64,000 nt of DNA, taken from positions 1,888,001-1,952,000 of the forward strand of contig CBDBLV010000005.1 in the NCBI GenBank assembly GCA_965207225.1, read 5' to 3'. This stretch comes from Dehalococcoidia bacterium (GTDB lineage: Bacteria > Chloroflexota > Dehalococcoidia > Plut-88900). Under the pieces are notes generated by a model. It was not told where the DNA came from, searched no databases, and was given only the letters and a program-made list of their open reading frames with translations. The translations under genes were made by a program, and so were the position numbers. Below, one piece after another: positions 39,506 to 47,983 of the stretch (its first letter is position 1; the number at the start of each line of letters is the position of its first letter).

Positions 39506-41782
39506 CTAGGTCTTGGAGATTCCTTCAACCGAACCGTCGGCGTTCTCCACGGCGATCCGAACGATCTCGACAACCTCGTCCAGAAAAGCCTGCGTGGGCG
39601 GATCCATGACGGAGCTGATTGACGGCGCTGCTGCTTCGTAGATGTGCGCCATCCGATCCGCTCGTTGAAAACTGGACCCCGCGCCCCTGAACCCATAGGC
39701 GGCTTGCCACTCGCTGGGATGAGATCGGATTAGTCGCCGCTCAGCGAGGGCGCGGATGCCGCCGAGCACCTCTTGGCGTATCTGATCAATGGCGGCCCTG
39801 CCCTCATCATCATCTGCCGGAGCTCTGGTCCATCCGGCGGGTTCGTTCAGCCAATGGGATGCACTCTCTTGAAGCTCCCTGATCAGATCGGCAACCGGCC
39901 TCAGGGTGTCATATTCGTTGTCCCACAGGTTGGCAATACGTCGGCATAGCGCTTTGACCCGAGCCCAGTGTTGCTTCTTGGTGCCCTCATGGTAGCTGAG
40001 GCCCAGCCTGCCCCACCAGGGACCCTTAAACCCATCGGTGGCGTCACGCAGAGCGAGTTCCAAACGAAGGACGTTGTAAATCGGCGCGGCTGTTACCGGC
40101 TCGGGAGGCTTCGCGGCCTCCTGCATTTCGACCAAAAGCTTGTGCATCTGGTCGAGGATGGGGGTTGGGATGCTCTCGGTGGGTCGATTCAATCCTCCAA
40201 GATAAAAGTTGCGGCTGTCCAGTCGACGCTCCAGTATCTCCGTGACCGGCGCCCCCAGCGCATCCCGCATCCCGGACAGGGCGTTGCCGATTGAGGCCTG
40301 GACGTGGTTGACCTTCTGGGTATAGCTGCGGAGATTGTCGCCCCGTACTTGGTCGAAATGCGTGAAGACAACACCGAGCTTGTGACCGTGGCCACCGGTG
40401 CCGACGGAGCGCAGGAGTTCGAGGGGAGCAGCCTGCATAGGCGATTGAGCGTTGTCTATCAGCAGGATCATGTCTGCCTCTTGGAACCTGTCGGTTACCT
40501 TGGTGGAGATGCTCGTTGCCTCCCTAGCTGAGTGACCAAGGCCTTCGCCGTCCAGCAGAACCAGCCGGCGGTCACCGTCTTGCAGTTTAGTCGCAGCGGG
40601 TTGGAATGGGCCGCTTACGCGGATGCCGTCAACCAGAGGCGTCAGCAACCGCCCAAATTGCTGGGAATGGTTGCCAGTGAACCATCTCACCTGTCGTAGA
40701 AAGGCAGTTCGGTCACCCTCTTCGTAGTACCATAGTATGGGCCACCCCGTTGCCTCTCGCTCAAAGTCGCCCTCTGCAATCAGACCAAAGCGTTCCTCGA
40801 TGGACTCCATGATGTCCACGGAGATATCCGTGAATCCCTGATTTTCGTACAGCGCATCGGTGAACTCTTCTATCCACGCGTCCCTTCGCGTGGCGCTATC
40901 CATGTCATCGTACTTGCCGCTTCTCGGCGCGATCTGTTCTTGGACCGCCATTGCGATTTCTCTGATGCGAACGACGTACCCTCTCAGGTGCTCATTGTTC
41001 TTTGTCAACTCGCCAACGGCGACAACTTCGTCATCTGGCAGCGTCACCGCGGGACCCTCTTCATCTTCGAACAGGCGATCCATCTCATGGTCTGGTGACT
41101 CTTGCTGCCATGTGCCGAGTGGATATGAGAGACGAAAGCGTTGTTCGGGATGCTCCAACAGTGCTCCGGCGATGCCCTCATCGTCTTGACCTCGAATTAC
41201 ACTGGCGCATGCCTCTTCGAGGCACTCGTCGACAGCTCCCCTTACTTCGTGCTCGTTCATGAACGTGATCACAGACTTGAAGGGGCCTGTCGCCGTGGTG
41301 ATAATCTCAATGTCAGCAGTTGTGGTCTTTGCCGTTGACGTAGAGGGGAAACGGTCCCGCGTGTGGTCGGAGCCGATAAGTTGGCGCAGTAGCGTGGTCT
41401 TGCCTGCTCCCGTCGACCCAACGAGCATGACACGGGCATAGCCGTCATCAGGCGTCGGCAGAGGAAGCATCTCTTCCCTGCGCTCCTTGGACTTGATCTT
41501 GCCGACCTCAATGCCGTCGAAGAACGCTGAGACGACGATGGCGTCGAATCGCTGCGACGCCTCGGTGCGTCGGTCAAGGGACCACCAGGATGGGTCAGCG
41601 AGGATTTCATTGAGATGCCCGACCAGATGGTCCGCCGTGGAGTCATCTGCCGTGCCAAGACCTCGACGCACCTTCAGACCAAACTTGCCCCGGGCGTCGG
41701 TCCTGCGCGGATGGTTGAATGTTACGCTCCAACCGGGACGGTTAGAGCGCGTCTTGCTGGCCGTGTAGATTGTCGTCGTCAT
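39506..41782 (-). CDS. Uncharacterised P-loop GTPase (dynamin/septin-like), 758 aa
   Basis: G1 GSTGAGKTT, G2 TAKTT, G3 LDGEG, G4-like THFD; SD AAGGAGG before ATG 41782. Confidence 0.7.
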   Translation of the reverse strand: MTTTIYTASKTRSNRPGWSVTFNHPRRTDARGKFGLKVRRGLGTADDSTADHLVGHLNEILADPSWWSLDRRTEASQRFDAIVVSAFFDGIEVGKIKSKERREEMLPLPTPDDGYARVMLVGSTGAGKTTLLRQLIGSDHTRDRFPSTSTAKTTTADIEIITTATGPFKSVITFMNEHEVRGAVDECLEEACASVIRGQDDEGIAGALLEHPEQRFRLSYPLGTWQQESPDHEMDRLFEDEEGPAVTLPDDEVVAVGELTKNNEHLRGYVVRIREIAMAVQEQIAPRSGKYDDMDSATRRDAWIEEFTDALYENQGFTDISVDIMESIEERFGLIAEGDFEREATGWPILWYYEEGDRTAFLRQVRWFTGNHSQQFGRLLTPLVDGIRVSGPFQPAATKLQDGDRRLVLLDGEGLGHSAREATSISTKVTDRFQEADMILLIDNAQSPMQAAPLELLRSVGTGGHGHKLGVVFTHFDQVRGDNLRSYTQKVNHVQASIGNALSGMRDALGAPVTEILERRLDSRNFYLGGLNRPTESIPTPILDQMHKLLVEMQEAAKPPEPVTAAPIYNVLRLELALRDATDGFKGPWWGRLGLSYHEGTKKQHWARVKALCRRIANLWDNEYDTLRPVADLIRELQESASHWLNEPAGWTRAPADDDEGRAAIDQIRQEVLGGIRALAERRLIRSHPSEWQAAYGFRGAGSSFQRADRMAHIYEAAAPSISSVMDPPTQAFLDEVVEIVRIAVENADGSVEGISKT

Positions 41783-41822
41783 AGCCCCTCCTTGCGTTGT
41801 TCTGTGTTGTACGAACCATCGC

Positions 41823-41851
41823 ATTATGGACCTCAATTTCTGGAATGTCAA
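41823..41851 (-). promoter_or_regulatory. sigma70 promoter for GTPase-integrase 2
   Basis: TTGACA-N17-CATAAT. Confidence 0.75.
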
Positions 41852-41892
41852 GTCCTTGGGGAACAACTGAGAACAACCTCCTCTATCTACTG

Positions 41893-42408
41893 GGGAATTG
41901 CCCATGGGCAGCCCGCTTGTGCGGAAATGAGTGATACGTCAAGCCCATCGGGGCACCTGGGGCTGGCGAGTCCTGCGACGGGGTTCGGCGTCGAGGCAGG
42001 TCGCCGGGATTTGGTGCTCTGCAACGAATTGTACTTTCGGGAGCTGTTGGGGGCTGACACGGTAAGTAGTGGGAATGGCCTTTTGTCCCCTATAGGAAGT
42101 CCTGGGAACGGCTCGGTGGGACAAGTTGCGGCATGTTGCGCAGTCTTCGGCGTCCGTGTGTGGGACGCAGTGGCCGGGCGGCTGTAGGCAGGAATCGTAG
42201 CTGAGGGATGATGGTGACGGGGGGTGTGATGCAGCGGGGAAGACGGCCTGACCGGTCGGTTCTGCAACGGATTGTACTGTGGTGGGCGGTAGCGGAGATG
42301 CGCGACCGGTCACGTGGGCAAGTTGTCCCAGCAAGGCTGCTGGGACAGCCCCTATTGGAAGGGTTCGGAACGGAAAGGGCGGTCATTGCGCAGGCTGATA
42401 CGTCAGGG
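41893..42408. other. Conserved non-coding backbone segment (second copy)
   Basis: Homologous to 27050-27876; hairpin at 42322-42349. Confidence 0.85.
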
Positions 42409-44425
42409 CGAGGGGCCTTCTGTGGAGGGAATACGGCGGGGGCAGTATCCACGAGTCGCCCAGGACGCCATGCTCGGCAAGGGTCTCGGTGTTGCTGGTG
42501 ACGATGGGCACGTCGTCCTCTGCGTCGGCGATGTCGAGGAAGGCGGTCTCGCTGTCGGGGGACTCGAAGACGAAGAGCACGTGGGGCAGGTGTCCCTCGT
42601 GGTCTCTCTTTGCCCAGCCGCTGGTGAAATAACGTCGGTAGGACCTCAGGCGTTTGGGGATGCGTTTCGGCGTGGTGGCCCTCCGCTCGAACTCCAGCAG
42701 GTAGGGACGCCACTCGCCCTTGTACTCCAGGGTGAAGGAGGCGTCGGGGTGGATGGCGTAGGCGGTCTGGTCGTGGCGGTATCCGATGCTGGAGCGGTGG
42801 GTGGGAAGCAGGTCGAACAGGTCGTGGTCCGGGGAGTTGGCGACCTCGGCTGAGAGGGCGGAAGCGAAGCCGACGACGCCGGCGTGGTGGCGCAGCTGGG
42901 CGGCCAGGGCGCGCAGGGCTGTCCCGACGTAGACGGAGGGCTTCCTGAGGGTGAGTTCTGGGCTCCAGCGGTCGAGGGTGAGGCCGACGGCGGCCCGGTC
43001 CCGGCGGGCCAGGTGCGTCAGTCCCTCGTCGGTGAGCACGAGGAGGGAGCCGTCCTCCCGCACTAGGCCGTGCTCACGGAGGGCGCGGAGCACCTGGTTG
43101 ACCCGGCGCAGGGTGACGCCGCCCATGAGTCCCGCAAGCTGCTCACGGGTGCACAGGGGCCATGCCGACAGCAGGTCCAGGGCGTCCTTCCCGGCGCGGG
43201 TGAGTTGCGCCGATGGGGATGACGTGAGCTGCTCGCCAGGCTCCGGCATGGCGGCCTTCACACTGGAGGAGTAGAGGTCTTCGAGATCGGGCCTCGGGTT
43301 GTCGCGGAAGGACGAATGGGACGAGTCCAGCAGCCGATCCATCCACGCCAGGATGCTCCCCAGGGACGCGCCAGGGTCTATGAGCACCGGCGGGTCATTG
43401 TCCCGTCCGTCTCCGCACTGTTGCCAGACGGCTCCGGTGTGGTCTCCGGCCAGAAGCTCTCCTTCCGTCGCCGCAAAGGTCCTGCGGTGCTCCGACGGGT
43501 CGCCCAATGAGCGGATGGCCCTTCGGGTGGCCTGGTCAGCATGGGTCAGGACGAGCGTGGCGAACGGCCTCTCGCGGCTGGGGAGATGCTCGACGCTCCT
43601 GAGGCGGTAGCGCAGGTTGGAGGTGGGCAGGGTCGCACCCTGGCGGATGACGCCGATGGAGCGTCCACCGGACAGGGTGACCAGCATGTCGTAGGGGCCG
43701 CTGCGGTAGTGGTCCACGCGCACGGGCTTCTCCTGCGGGTCTGCGTCGGCGATCATGGCGGCGACGCGGTAGAGGACGGCCACGGCGTCCATGCGCTCGG
43801 CCAGCAGCCGGAACCATTGCCTGGACACGGGGTACTCGCTGAGGAAGTAGTCCGTGCCGTGCTCGATCCGCCCTCCGGCGACGATGCCCTGCTTCGTGGG
43901 GAAGTAACGGCGCTGGGGGCGGGAGCCGAGAACGCTCAACTGGTGCGACACGGAGTCCACCAGGCCCCGCTTTGCGAGGTTGCTCAGCCGGTCACGCAAC
44001 GTGGAGGCGGGGACACGTCCGAAGCGGGAGAGCTCGTCCACGGTGGCCAGGGGCGTGGCGCAGACCAGCCGCAGAGCGTCCTCCAGGGTCTCGGACAGGC
44101 GCTTGGGACCGGTCGCCGCTGGGCCGCTGTCCTTCAGCCGCCGCCTGGCCTGCGCTTGGAGTATCAGCCGCTCCTCGGCGTCCTCCACCGCCTCTGGTCT
44201 GTCGCCCACTTGCTCCAGCACCGCGCTGGGGATAGCGCGCCCGGCGTGGCCCCGGTCGAGGAAACGCCACAGGGTGTGGCGGGAGACGCCGAGGGTCTCG
44301 GCCGCCTTGGGCCTGCCATGCAGCACGGCGTAGGTGCGCACGTAGTCCCGGACCGCCCCGTCGAGGTCCGCTCCAGCCTGCGCTGCGCCGTTGACTCTTG
44401 CTTCTTGTGGGTTCGTGACTGCCAA
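42383..44425 (-). CDS. Replication-relaxation (Replic_Relax-like) protein with N-terminal HTH and two related halves
   Basis: HTH AAETLGVSRHTL; wHTH ..PL(A/C)T.(D/E).L.. twice; IHPDA..YLLEFER nuclease-like motif. Confidence 0.7.
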   Translation of the reverse strand: MAVTNPQEARVNGAAQAGADLDGAVRDYVRTYAVLHGRPKAAETLGVSRHTLWRFLDRGHAGRAIPSAVLEQVGDRPEAVEDAEERLILQAQARRRLKDSGPAATGPKRLSETLEDALRLVCATPLATVDELSRFGRVPASTLRDRLSNLAKRGLVDSVSHQLSVLGSRPQRRYFPTKQGIVAGGRIEHGTDYFLSEYPVSRQWFRLLAERMDAVAVLYRVAAMIADADPQEKPVRVDHYRSGPYDMLVTLSGGRSIGVIRQGATLPTSNLRYRLRSVEHLPSRERPFATLVLTHADQATRRAIRSLGDPSEHRRTFAATEGELLAGDHTGAVWQQCGDGRDNDPPVLIDPGASLGSILAWMDRLLDSSHSSFRDNPRPDLEDLYSSSVKAAMPEPGEQLTSSPSAQLTRAGKDALDLLSAWPLCTREQLAGLMGGVTLRRVNQVLRALREHGLVREDGSLLVLTDEGLTHLARRDRAAVGLTLDRWSPELTLRKPSVYVGTALRALAAQLRHHAGVVGFASALSAEVANSPDHDLFDLLPTHRSSIGYRHDQTAYAIHPDASFTLEYKGEWRPYLLEFERRATTPKRIPKRLRSYRRYFTSGWAKRDHEGHLPHVLFVFESPDSETAFLDIADAEDDVPIVTSNTETLAEHGVLGDSWILPPPYSLHRRPLALTYQPAQ

Positions 44426-44610
44426 TCCGATACCTCAACTTGCTGATGTCCCAACATCCCATCTTGAACGGGAAATTGCTCGCATGTAATGCCTTGCAGG
44501 ACGTTGTATTGAGGTGGGATCTGTGATAGAGGCAGGGCCGTGAACCCGATGCCCTGAGCCGCCGCCAGGGTGACGCGGCATTGAGGATGCGGGGCTTGCT
44601 TGATGGCGGT

Positions 44611-44850
44611 TCATCCGCCGGACCCCTTCTCTGACGGCGGCTTCGTGGACGGCGACTCTGCCTTGGGTATCTCACCCCGCAGATGGGCGCGGACGATCAT
44701 CCGGGCCAGGATGCGCAGCCCGCGTTGGAGCTGAGCTCGCTGCTCGGCGGTGTAGGGCTCCATCGGCCTGTCGATGGAGGGATCGGAAGCGTCTCCTCCG
44801 CTCCTCTTCCTTTGCCCGTTCCTTGTATCTTCTCTATTGCTCTCTCTCAT
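44611..44850 (-). CDS. Small hypothetical backbone protein
   Basis: Amphipathic helix QRGLRILARMIVRAHLR; co-oriented upstream of the relaxase-like gene. Confidence 0.55.
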   Translation of the reverse strand: MRESNREDTRNGQRKRSGGDASDPSIDRPMEPYTAEQRAQLQRGLRILARMIVRAHLRGEIPKAESPSTKPPSEKGSGG

Positions 44851-44995
44851 GGGTCACAGTCGCAGCGGCGGTTCGTCGGGCCGCTGGCCTCTCGTCTACA
44901 GGTGTCCTGGGTGGCCTCCGGGCACAGACGGACCGGCGGGCGGGCTACCGCCCGGTCTTTACGTCAGTGTGGGCGACCGGAATGGCGAGCGTTAT

Positions 44996-45049
44996 CCCCT
45001 GGAAGGGACTACATCGGCGTAGTGGCTTCCAGGGGACTACGCCGATGTA
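44996..45049. other. Overlapping, mutually exclusive inverted repeats
   Basis: 44996-45005/45026-45035 (10 bp) and 45010-45023/45036-45049 (14 bp), both perfect. Confidence 0.85.
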
Positions 45050-46086
45050 TCCAGTGATGGCGAGTCGCAATGGGCCGAGCCCGCCCTCCGGGCTGAGGCC
45101 GGGGAGACCGCGGCGTCACTGGGGTTGTCGGTCTCCCTGTCGAACTCAGCGCCAAGATGTTCACCTCCTGCGGTTTGCTGCGGGTCACCGGACCGCAGCC
45201 CTCGCCAGAGAGTGTGAACGACCGGGACGCCGAAGAAGACCTCACGCATGGTGGCGCCACGGAGGGTCTCCAATCGGGGAGCCGTTTCTTGCAGTGTTGG
45301 GGTGTACAGGAAATGGAGTTTGGTGACGAAGTGGTCGAAGTCGTGATGTCGTAGCTGAATCAGGGGTAAATCGGCCCCTATGGGCTGTAACCGGCAAGCA
45401 ATCTGTTGAAAGGCCCCAGTTCGGTCTCCGATGACAAAGGAGGGCTTGAGGCGGGGGTGTCTACACCGGAGAAAATCGACGGTCCGATGACAAAAGCTGC
45501 CCAAAAATGAGCTTGAGGCGGGGGTGCATTACGCTGGGATGGACGCCGGACGGGACCGGGTGCGGTTCCCGGCGGGATGAGCCGCCCAGGCGGCTGGAGC
45601 TTCGATGTCAGCGCCAACTCGTTTACCTCCCTGCGATTTGCCGCGAACCGTTGGATCGCAGCGCCTGCAAGAGAGTGTGAACAACGGACGGGCGATCCGT
45701 AACCTCCCACGGGCAGGTGCGGAAATGCACCTGTCCGTATGCAGGTGCGAACATGCTCCGCCTCCCGAGGGCTTGCGAAGCCTGGGCCGCAGGAAGGGCG
45801 AATGGACATGCGGGTCAGGATGCGCAGCGTCTCTCGCCGCTTGACGGTGTGCGCCGCCGCCGATCCATCCGAAGACGTGGCGACCCTCCTTGATGGCTTC
45901 CTTCTATCGGCCCCTCTCATCCCGCTCCTCCGTGTCGGTCTCCGGTGGGATTGCAGACTGGCCTTTCCGCCCTTGACGCCGGTTCTGTGGCGTCCTTAGG
46001 CGAGTTTGCGGATCTGGGAGAGCGAGCGGTATCCCTCGGAGGGGATTACATCGATCATTCGCGTGTCCCGTATCGCATGATTTCTA

Positions 46087-46125
46087 TTGACAGAGCTAGT
46101 GAAGCAATATACGCTAGTAAGCGTA
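46087..46125 (+). promoter_or_regulatory. Promoter with overlapping operator palindrome
   Basis: TTGACA-N17-TACGCT; TACGCT-AGTA-AGCGTA inverted repeat over the -10. Confidence 0.7.
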
Positions 46126-46161
46126 CACAGAACACTAACCGTGTCATTGTAGGAGTGCGCA

Positions 46162-46512
46162 ATGCCTTTGGGCGACCTGATCAATAGGGGCCGGATAGCC
46201 AAGCAACTCGGTCTACGAGCTCTAGCTAGACAGATTGGCATTGCCCCATCCTACTTGGCTGATATCGAGAATGACCGTAGGGTTCCTTCAGAGGGAGTGC
46301 TCCGCAGTATTTCGGAGACACTTGATCTGGACTTCGACGGATTGATGCAACAGGCAGGACGATTGGGGGAAGGAGTTGAGTATTACCTCCGCCAAGAGAA
46401 GCTAGCAGGTCAGCTTTTCCGCAAAGTGGCCGAAACTAACCTTGACCGAGAGGGTCTCCAGAAGCTCTTGGACAGGCTTGAGCAACTGGGGCCTCCAGAG
46501 GATGAGCAATGA
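46162..46512 (+). CDS. XRE-family HTH regulator (CapH-like)
   Basis: LGLRALARQIGIAPSYLADIENDRRVPS. Confidence 0.9.
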   Translation: MPLGDLINRGRIAKQLGLRALARQIGIAPSYLADIENDRRVPSEGVLRSISETLDLDFDGLMQQAGRLGEGVEYYLRQEKLAGQLFRKVAETNLDREGLQKLLDRLEQLGPPEDEQ

Positions 46513-47252
46513 AGGATTACCGAAGCCCAAATGGAGAGCGGCGGCTCTGGTTTGAAGAGAGCGAGATTGAGGAGATCATGACACATGAGCTTCAACAGTG
46601 TGAGATGTTCCCAAGCGCTGCTATTCCTCTGGTGGATGTGGAAGCCTTCTTGGAGTTGCATCTTCAAGTTAGGCTTGACCTATATTGCGAACTACGTCCT
46701 GGTTTGCTGGGAGTCAGCACATTCATCGCCGGGCAGCAGCCCGTGGTTGAAATCAATCGGGACCTCACAGAGCAAGCGAACGAGAATGCCAGCCCAACTG
46801 GGCTTCTAGGGAGGTGGCGGGCCACGTTGGCACATGAGGCCGCCCACGTGATCCTGCATAGACAACTCGTCGAGCGACCACAGGGACAAGGGACACTGTT
46901 CTCTCAAGGGGTGGAATCGAAGGTGGAGACGACTACGACGAGATGCCTAGAACGTCACATCTGGTTTGCCCGGGGCACGGGCGACTGGAAAGAAGTACAG
47001 GCCAATCTGGGAATGGCAGCCTTGCTAATGCCAAGCGGTCCATTCACCGACCTAGCGAGACTCATTGTGGGAGCCAGACCAGCAAACGATCTTCTAGCCT
47101 ATATTCCAGCAAGAGACACGCAAGCGTACGCTGGTCTGATCCGAGAGTTGTCTAGACGATGCCAAGTCTCTCAAGAAGCCGCCGGTATTCGTCTGAGCAC
47201 TCTGGGATTGACTCGTTCTTCGAGTGAACCAATGTTGGGGTTGGCACCATAG
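46509..47252 (+). CDS. ImmA/IrrE-family Zn metallopeptidase (CapP-like)
   Basis: RWRATLAHEAAHVILH, EVQAN..MAALLMP; ATGA overlap with the HTH gene. Confidence 0.9.
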   Translation: MKDYRSPNGERRLWFEESEIEEIMTHELQQCEMFPSAAIPLVDVEAFLELHLQVRLDLYCELRPGLLGVSTFIAGQQPVVEINRDLTEQANENASPTGLLGRWRATLAHEAAHVILHRQLVERPQGQGTLFSQGVESKVETTTTRCLERHIWFARGTGDWKEVQANLGMAALLMPSGPFTDLARLIVGARPANDLLAYIPARDTQAYAGLIRELSRRCQVSQEAAGIRLSTLGLTRSSSEPMLGLAP

Positions 47253-47349
47253 ACTAGAAGGGAGTGTGTATGAGCGGGAGTAGGCGTTGAGAGCAGTGGC
47301 TTAGGGTAGAAGCCGGACGAGCCTTTCCAGAATATCACGGAGGTTTCCC

Positions 47350-47592
47350 ATGACAACAGGAAGGTACGAATTCAAAGTCAACGGGGTTGAGTTCAGGACG
47401 GACACTCCTGAGCTGACTGCATCCCAGATTCTGGCGATTGCCATTGAGGGCAAAGCGGTTCCTAATCCTAAAGGAGCAGACACATACATTCTGCGCGGTG
47501 ACAAGGGTGAGTACCAGGGAGGTACCCGGATTGACCTAACGGTCGACAACGTGTTCATAACCGTGCCGACAGGACCCACGCCTGTGGCATGA
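47350..47592 (+). CDS. Ubiquitin-like beta-grasp protein (multi-ubiquitin type)
   Basis: YEFKVNG....LTASQIL...IDL...FITVP pattern; 80 aa; precedes E2/E1 genes. Confidence 0.65.
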   Translation: MTTGRYEFKVNGVEFRTDTPELTASQILAIAIEGKAVPNPKGADTYILRGDKGEYQGGTRIDLTVDNVFITVPTGPTPVA

Positions 47593-47605
47593 GTGGAGGT
47601 GAGGC

Positions 47606-47983
47606 TTGGCACCCAACGACATAAGTCGGGTCCAGTCAGAACTGGAGGAGTTAGGATACGCTCCTACACTACACAATTGGAAGCATGGTGTCGTTGTCGA
47701 ATTCGACTACACCGTCGAGGTTGGCACTCACACGGGACAGATGTTTAGGCTCGGTATGAGCTTTCAAGAGCAGGGCTATTCGGAATACCCTCCTCACTGG
47801 ATACACGTGAGCCCTCCTGTGGATGATGGCCTGGGTGGTGTACAGGAGCGATACCAAACTGCGGATGGTCGGGAGTGGATTGCCTTAAGCAGACCCCCCA
47901 GCGATATATGGGACAATCTGCCGGTCAAGAACATGAGGCACTACCTTGACGAGCATATACGGCGATTCTGGAGTCGGATGTGA
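47606..47983 (+). CDS. Prokaryotic E2-like protein lacking cysteine
   Basis: Y..YPPHWIH, W..LSRP motifs; position between the Ubl and E1 genes. Confidence 0.6.
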   Translation: MAPNDISRVQSELEELGYAPTLHNWKHGVVVEFDYTVEVGTHTGQMFRLGMSFQEQGYSEYPPHWIHVSPPVDDGLGGVQERYQTADGREWIALSRPPSDIWDNLPVKNMRHYLDEHIRRFWSRM

